Assembly: GCA_913009335.1 (NCBI GenBank)
Contig: CAJVXN010000001.1
Span: forward strand, 71,709 to 135,708
Reading direction: 5' to 3'
From: an uncultured bacterium
GTDB taxonomy: Bacteria > Omnitrophota > Gorgyraeia > Ghiorseimicrobiales > Ghiorseimicrobiaceae
Length of the DNA stretch: 64,000 nucleotides
The first letter of the stretch is position 1; the number at the start of each line of letters is the position of its first letter. Below the pieces are notes generated by a model that saw only the letters and a program-made list of their open reading frames with translations, was not told where the DNA came from and did no database searches. A program made the position numbers and the translations under genes. This document shows, piece after piece, positions 45,301-54,300 of the stretch.

Positions 45301-48300
45301 TTCAATCTTTACATTGCTTACCACGCCCGTAACAGTCCAGGCGATATTCTCGCTTGTTCCTACTACCCATTCATCACTTGCTATAGGATCAGAAAGGGTT
45401 ATCTTGGCTCTGACTTCAAAATTGCTGGCAATAGTATCTGTGGCAGATGGGTTATCCGGATCGGTTACCTTTATTAAACAGTTAGTTGAGGCAACATTAA
45501 CCGGAGCGGTCCAGGCGTATGTACCGGTATTAGGAGCATTGTTATCTATATCGGACCAGCCAGCCCCATTATCATCTGAAAATTCTAAAATAACATTAGA
45601 TATATCAGTACCGGTTCTATTCCAGGTAATATCATAACCTGTTCCGGAGATAAGTGTCGTAGGAGCTGACGGGAACGTAATCGTAAATCCGCCCCTGATA
45701 CTAAACACCTCAGACTCGTCAACTACCTCTGTTTCGTTGTCCGCGTCTGCTATCTTCACCTTAACTGTCTCGGATACATTATCCGGTATGGGATTCCAGC
45801 TATAAGACTGATCACTTACGGGAACAGACGCGATAGGCGCTCCATAACCTGTGCCATAGTCATAGTAGATATTCACTGTTCCGATGGAGCCGGTATAAAT
45901 CCAGGTAATATTCTTATCGGTTGTGCCTACTTCCCAGTTAGCGGAAGAATTAGGCTGCTGTACGGTAACGCTTCCGATAATATCGAAGCTTGCGCTCTCA
46001 GCATAAACGTTGTTGTTATCCACATCCATGACCCGGATTTGAACATTGCCGTCAATCGAATCCGGGACATTATCCCAGTCGGAAGCCTCAGCAATGGCAG
46101 AGACGGCAGTCTTGACTACATTAACGCCGTAACCTCCAGCGTTAATCTGATAGTGGATATCCACAGTGGTCACCTGAGCAGAACCGTTTAAGCTCCAGAT
46201 AATCGAATTGTTATCGGAACCTACGACTAAGTTATCGTCTAGGGCCGGGATGCTTACCGTGATTAACGGACGAATTGAGAATTGAGCCGACTCGCCAAAG
46301 ACATCATCATAATAGTTAACATCGGATACTCTGACATAGCAATCTTCTGAATTGATATCCGGTACTGCCAAGGCCCAGGTGTATGAATTGGCGCCGGCAG
46401 TGTGCCCCGGGTCATCAGCGACAATGGTGTTACCGGCATAGCTTCCGCCGGCAGAAGTCTTGTATTCTATCTTGACGTTAGTTACCGCGCCGGTTGAGGT
46501 CCATTCGATCAGTTTATTAGTCTCGTCTTTCTTCCAGACCGTAATGGCGGACGGGGTATCAACCACAATGTTACCGATGATGTTGAATGAGGCGGATATA
46601 GCGGTAACTTCATCAACGGTTCCTTCAGTATCCACATCTAAGATCTTGATCGTACTGCCGGTAATCAGGTTAGCCGGGACTGTCCAGCCAAAAGTGGTGG
46701 TAACATCAGAGTTAATGTCACCGCCGGTATCGATTAAGTTATATTGAGAGTTAAACCAATAGAACAGCCTGACCAGTCCCATGGTACCTTTGGAAGTCCC
46801 CCAATCGATGGTCTTGACCTGCCCTGCCCGCCAGTTGACGCCGGAAGAAGGCGCGCTGATAATAATCTTACCGATGATATCAAAGCTGGCGGAATCGCCG
46901 TAAACATTGGCATTGTCGTTGTCGATTACCCGCACTACCACATTGTCACTGATCGTATCGGGGATGTTATTCCAGGTATAATCTAAAGTAGCGTCAACCG
47001 TACCGCTCTCATCGATAACGTTAGTAAAGGGGCCGCCGTCATAACTGTAATATAATTTAACATTGCTTACCTTGGTAGAACCATTTAAATTCCAGGAGAT
47101 AGTATTACCTAAAGAATCGACTTCTAAGTTGACGTCTAAGGCAGGCGTAGTAACCGTAATTACCGGCCGGATAGAGAACTGCAAGGAATCACCATAGACA
47201 ATCGTAGAATTATTATAATCGGCCACCCGGATGTAGCAGTCCTCGCTGTTAACGTCCACTACGGTCCAGGGGTAAGAATTAGAGCCTTCGCCATAGGTTC
47301 CGCCGCCGGTATAGTTAGTCTCGATGTCATTCCAACTGCCCAGCGCCGTGGTCTTATATTGGATATTCACATTGGTGACATCGCCGTCTGAGGTCCAGCT
47401 GATATCTTTAACTTCGTCTTTTTTCCAGATCCTTCCCGCCTGCGGCTCGTTAATCGTAATCTTACCGCCTATAGTAATCGCATCCTGGGAGATAGAATAA
47501 ACGTTGGTATCGGCAGCATCCCTGACGCGAACTCTAATATCATTGCCCATGGCCGAGTTAGGGATCTGCGGCCAGACATAGGTAACCTGCACGCCGGAAC
47601 CGGAATTGGCCTCGGTAGCGATCAGCACCGGACTGAGGAAGTTGGCCGGGTTGGCATCCGGGGTATCCTTGGCGTAATGGATTTCAGTATTGCTGTAGAC
47701 ACCGGTAGGCGTCCATTTAATCTCTCTGGTGGTATCGCCCACGAACCAGGTCTGGGCCCCTACGTTAGGAGAATCAATCTGGATCTTACCTTTGATATTG
47801 AATTTATCCGATGTATCGGTAACCTCGGTGTTGTCCACATCGGTAATCTTGATATCCGCTTCCTTGATCGAGCCCCGGATAGAATCTGCCGGCGGTGACC
47901 AGAGTGTATAAGGACTGGAGTTAAAGGCTACGGTGGCTACCGTGGTATAGCTTTCGGTATCCTTTGGCCTGAACTCAATCTGCACATTACCCATATCCGC
48001 CGCCCCGGTACAGGTAGTGGTCCACTGGATATTAAAAATATCCAATACGGGAAGGGAATCATCAGTATCGGGTTTGGTTACGGTAACCGCGGCCTTGAGC
48101 ATAAAGGATTCCGAGGTATCATAGAGCGACGGGAAGCCGGCATCGGATACTTTTATCTTTGCCTGAGAGGTACTTAAAATGTCCTGGTCCGTAGGAATGT
48201 TCCATTCGAATGTTCCGGCAGAAGCCAAAACACCGACGCCGGTATCAACAAGATAGGCGTAGCCGTCACTGCCGTCATCTTTGGAGTATTCTATCTTGAC

Positions 48301-51300
48301 CGTAAAGTCAAGTCCGGTATGATTCCAGTCAATCAGGTTACCGGTCTGGGTGCCGATTAACCATTTAACCGTGGACAGCGGGGCAGTAACCGCTATATCC
48401 GGCAGGAGATAAAATGTGCCCGTAGTATCTACGGCGTCGGCATTATCCGGGTCGCTGATCTTGAACACGCACCCGGAATTTCTGACATCCACCGGCACAC
48501 TCCAGGCATAGGTGCCGGAATTGGTAACAAGGCCCGTATCGGTACTCTTATAATCTATGTTGTGCCAGACTGAGCCGTCGTAGAATTCTAATTTTGCCGT
48601 GGGTATTTCGGTCTGCAGGCCTAAGTTATCCCAGGTGATATCATAAGAAGTGCCGGATTTTAAAGGGGCTGCCGGCGTATTAATCGTGAATCCGCCCTTG
48701 ATCTTAAACGGCAGGGATTCGGCATATTCCTCGCCGGGGTTGTTTTCCGATTCTACCTTGACCTGGACATTCTCTGAGATTGTCGAAGGTATAGCCGGCC
48801 AGTTATAGGAATGGGTCTCTACTGCGATTGGCGCCGGGTTAATCGGAGCCGAATAAGCGCCACCGTCGTATTTATACCTTATATTTACATTACCTAAAGA
48901 ACCCGTATGCGTCCATGTTATATATTTATCCGTAGTAGCGGCCTGCCAGTTAGAACTGGAATCCGGTGTATGCACTCCATCGGTCATGGTGATACTGCCG
49001 ATAATATCGAAGCTGGAGGATAATCCGTAAACATTGGGATTGCCGGTGCCGCCTGATTTATCCAGGACCTTTACTACAACATCACCGCTTAAATAATCCC
49101 CGACATTATTCCAGTCAACCTTGCCTAATGTCGCATCCACTCCCGTTGCTATTGTTTTATCAAAAGGCCCGCCAATGCCGGTTGTGCTGAATAAGACGTC
49201 TGCTTCAGTTACTTTCACAGAGCCGTTTAAGCTCCATACAATACCATCAACGTATGAAGAACCAACAACCGTATTAGAATCAACCAATGGTTCTGAAACC
49301 GTTATAACAGGCCTGATGGAAAACGCGACCGCTGACTCAATAAATACATCAGAGTCGGCATTATCGGATATCTTTATATAACAGTCTTCCGAATTCTCAT
49401 CGGTAACGCCTGTTGTCCAGGCGTATTGGTTACTACCGTCAACGTGTCCGGTATCATTTAAAACAATAACATTATCATAGGCGCCGGCTAAAGAGGTCTT
49501 ATACCTGATATCCACGCTTGCAATCGAACCATTTGCCGTCCAGGTAACAACCTTATCCGTATCGCCCACATACCAGATTTGCCCGCCGTTAGGGCTCATA
49601 TTCGTAAAAGAACCCTTGATGCTAAACGGATTTTGCGATTGATCCGTAACCGGTATGCCGCCGATACTGGTAACTCTCACCTTCACATTATTATCGATAA
49701 AATCATCTATGGGGTCCCAGGGATAGACAAGGCTATCCGCCGCATAGCTTGCGGAGATAGTGTTAAAATCAAAACTAAAGTCATCATTAGAATATTCAAT
49801 CAACAGGTTGCCGATACTTCCTGTCTTGGTCCAGGTTATGTCGAATGGACCCCCAACAATTAATGTTTCATAGCCGTCGGGGTCTGTCAGATCAACCGAA
49901 CCTTTTATTATATTATCAGCTGTAGATTCGCCGTACACATTAGCGTTATCTTTATCTTTTACGCGGACTTTAACGGTATTGCCGATATTATCGTCTACGG
50001 TCCAGTTATAGGTTGTAGTCCCCTGGGAAAGGCTGCTCGTGGTTACCGGATTCCAGCTGGTGCCGTCGTGATAATCAATATCAAAACCCGGTATCGAAGT
50101 CGCATCGTATGACCATTCAATAGTGTATGATGTTTCGGCTATCATCTCATCCGCGTTCATCGGATAAACAATAGTAATATGTCCGATGATAGCGTTGTCA
50201 GTGGCGGATTCATCCGTTACATAGGCAGCATTGGATATCTCAAATATCTTTACCTTTACCGTGGCAGAAGACTCATCGGGAACGGTCCAGGAATGCGAAT
50301 TCTCGACCCCGGATGCTCCGGGAGCAAGGCTCGCCGCGCCGGCAACCGTATTCCAAATCGCGTGAGCGGCATCGGTTGAATATTCAATCTTCACATTAGT
50401 AATCGTACCCGTGGGAATCCATTTTATATCATAAGGAGTCCCGTAATCTATATTTATGCCTCCATTCGGCTGGGTTAACTCAAGGACACCCATTATTTCA
50501 AACCATGCCTGCGATTGGTCGGAACTATAGCTGGGAACATCGGGATCGCCAACCTTAGATATTCTGACGATAGTGTCGTTATTGGCTTTATTGGGAATAG
50601 TCCAGGGGAATTGCAAGGCAGAGGCATCGTATCCGCTAGATATAGGAGGGTCCTCCCAGATATTACCGCCGTCTAAGGAATATTCAATCTTTATCTGCGG
50701 AACATCGCCCCAGTATTCCCAGGTAATATTGGGGGTAGACTCTATTGCCCAGTGCTCGCCGCCATCGGGCGCGGTCAGATTTATTACCGGTTTAATCTTA
50801 AAATCAGCTATGGACTCATCGTTCACGCTCGCATCCGTAGTATCCCTGATGCGTATTCTGGCATTATCAGTCGTTACATCCACATACTCAGCGAGAGGAA
50901 TAGTCCAGGTATACGTACCCGCGCTGCCGCTTACAGATGATACAATTAGTTCCGAATATCCTCCAGTTCCGCTGATAGTATCTAAGTCTATTGCCACTGT
51001 AGCGATGCTTCCCGTAATACTCCAGTCAATTATGTTATTGTTCGCGGTTACTGTCCAAACTGTAGAAGCATTGGGATTACTACCGATAAAAACCGAACCC
51101 CTTATCCTGAACTTACTAACTAAGAATTCTTCCGTACTCACGCTATTATCTGACGCTTGCTCAATTTTAATTTTCGCATCAATAGTAGGATTATCCGGTA
51201 CTGTCCACTGATACGGCTGGGTATAGCCTACGGCAATCGTATCGAATGCCGGATCCCAACTTGCCCCATCAGTATCGCTAAAATGTAAATTAACATTGCC

Positions 51301-54300
51301 TAAACTTCCGGCATAAACCCAGGTAATATCTATAGGGCTGCCTCCGATATAATAAGTCTCACCGCCCACCGGAGCAGTCAACTTAACCTGGCCTTTTATT
51401 TCAAACGCTTGGGATTCCTGGAATATATGCAAAGCAGAATTAGCATGAGAAATATCCTCAATGGCTATCTTATTAGTCGTTCCGATATTATCGGGGATTG
51501 TCCAAAGATAGTTCCGGTTAAGGCCGTTAGTGCCGTCTGCTGTGGTAGTAAGCGTCGTATCAAATGTTGAGCCGTCCGCCGCGTATTTTATGGTAACCTG
51601 GTCAGTACCGCTTCCTAAATCACCGTAGTTATTCCAAATAATACTTTCCTCGCTGGTAAGCCCGGAGGCGACATTATCAACGCGCCAGGCATTCGCGCCA
51701 ATAATCGTAGCATCCGGCGCGACTATTTCCACTCTTCCTTTTATCTTAAAATCAGCGGGTGAAGTAACGGCAATAAAACTCTGATAATTATAACTCATTA
51801 ACTTAACGCGCACCTTATCGCCGATAGAATTGGGCACTGTCCAGTTATATAAATCTACATTGGATATGGCAGCACCGGCGGCGATATTCCTATCATATAA
51901 ATCTCCTCCGCTGTTTACATCGTAGGCAAGTTTTACCTGAGGTATCTTACCGTAAGTGCTCCAGGTAATATCATAACCGCCTGCCTGCTCTACCTCTAAT
52001 GTCTCACCGCCAATAGGCTGAGTAAGACTGAACCTTGACTGAACGACAAACGGCGTATCAGTCTCATCGGATATTGAGCCGTCGGTTTCCGAGGATATCT
52101 TTATGCGCGCGTATTCTGTGCGTTCGAAATCAAGAGTAGTAAAGAGGCCTGTGGGCATATCCCAGGAATAACTAAGATCATCGTCATCTAAGCCTGTTGC
52201 TATAGTATAGGCATAGTTAGGGGTTGAGTCTTTGGAAAACTCTATTTTAACAGTACCTAAGTCACCAACCTTATTCCAGGTGATAGACTCGGCAATATTT
52301 GACTCCCAGACAGGACTACCCACACCATTTGCCTCGCCTGTAAGGGCGACTGTTCCCTTTACCACAAAGTCAAAATCCGACTCGGAATGAACATCGGTTA
52401 TATCATCTGTCTTATAAACCTGAACCCGCGTATTCTGGCCGACCATACCCGGAACATCTAAAATCGTCCAATCATATGTTTCAAGATCAGAATTAATCGG
52501 GAGGGTGTTTATCGTTCCGTCATAAGGGCCGGCCGCGCCATTCGTGCTGTATTTTAACATCACCGTTCCAAAGGTATCGGGTATAGCGTTCCAGGTTACA
52601 GTTACTATATCCCCGATACTCTTTATAAGGCCTGTTTCATTAGGATACGTAAGCTTTACCTGCGGCTTAACAAAAAATGAGGCGGATTCACCGGCTGTAC
52701 CGGTAGTTAAACTTTCATCATTATCCACGGCTACTTTTATCATGCAGTCATTTCCGATATGCGTATCCAGAACGGTCCAATCCCAGTTTCCGGTAGTTAT
52801 ATCTACCACGCCTTCAGTTAAAGTAGTAGGATAGGATGTTCCGCCGTCTAATGATAATTTTATATCCACCATCCCGGTTACATTCCCGGTCAGGCCCCAC
52901 TGTATATTATACGTTTCTGCTACATCAGAAACTTTAACTACTTCCGCGCCTACGGGTTTATTAACCGTTACAGCACCCTTTATCTTAATTGACAGACTTT
53001 CATGATATATTGCCGCGTCATCAAAATCTTCTACCTTAATATATACTTCATCATAAATATCATTAGGGACTGTCCAGGGAAAACTACCCGTGCCGTCGCC
53101 AATATCCGCGGTCCATCCTGTCGGCTGGGTTATCTCATTCCAGATTCCTCCTGTGCCCTTCTTATAATATATTTTTACCTTATTACTGGCAAGCGCGCCA
53201 TCTATAGTCCACTGGATATTTTCACTTGCTCCTACGCGCCAGACCACACCCGCCGTAACAGGCCTGGTAATCGTAATTACGGAAACTATGGTAAAATTAG
53301 CCCCGGATTCTCCGGCGATTTCATTCGGCGCGTAAGAATCGGTCTGTATTTTAATAAGTCCTTGACTGGTAGGGTTTCCCGCAACAATCCAAGCCTGAAG
53401 CTGGTTAACTACGGGTAAATTAGAAAATATCTCACTCCAGGTACCGCCGTTATTTGTGGATAAGAATATATCTACTGTGCCCAATGTACCTACATAATTC
53501 CAGGTAATGTTTTTACTTTCTCCTATTTTCCAGGTATCTGATACTATAGGAGCTGTCACGGTAATACTTCCGTCAATATTAAATCCTGTTGCACTCTCAC
53601 TGGCAACAGCTGGATCCGTCGCCCACCTTATCCTAATCTTGGCTTGTGCGCTTACCAAAGGCGGCACTACACTCCATCCGGTATAAGGCGATGTATCGGC
53701 TGCAACTATAGCTAAGAGGTCATCGTAAGTCGCGCCGTCATTTCTGGAAAGATGTATTTCTAAATTCTGGGTTGAAGGATTGGGCAATTTATGCGTCCAG
53801 GGGATACTGGGGTTTGTCCCTACCAACCAGGGAGTAGTAAGCGAACCTAAAGTTACATCACCTTTTATTCTAAAGTTTGCTGCTGATTCATCATAGACTC
53901 TTGTTTCTTCGCCTTGCTGTTCTATTTTTACTTTATGCGTTACCCCTATATTTCCGTCTACCGGATTCCACTGCCAGGTCGTAGGACTTGCCGACACAGT
54001 AGCCAAGGTCGTAAGATATCCGCCGCTGCCGCTGGACTCATCGCGTTTTATAACAATATTTCCGATATCCGCGGCATCTCCATAAATAGTCCAGTTAATA
54101 TCATATGAATCACCATAAAACCATTCCTCTCCGCCATCAGGTTGATCCAGTTGAACCTTTGCAATAATCTCAAAGTTAGTGTCAGATTCATCCGAACTGT
54201 AGGTATCGTCAGTGCGGCCAAACTCATTCCAGTTGACGTCTCTGACTTTCACTTTTAAGGTATCCGTAAGAATACCAATCATATCAGTTGTGGTTTCATT

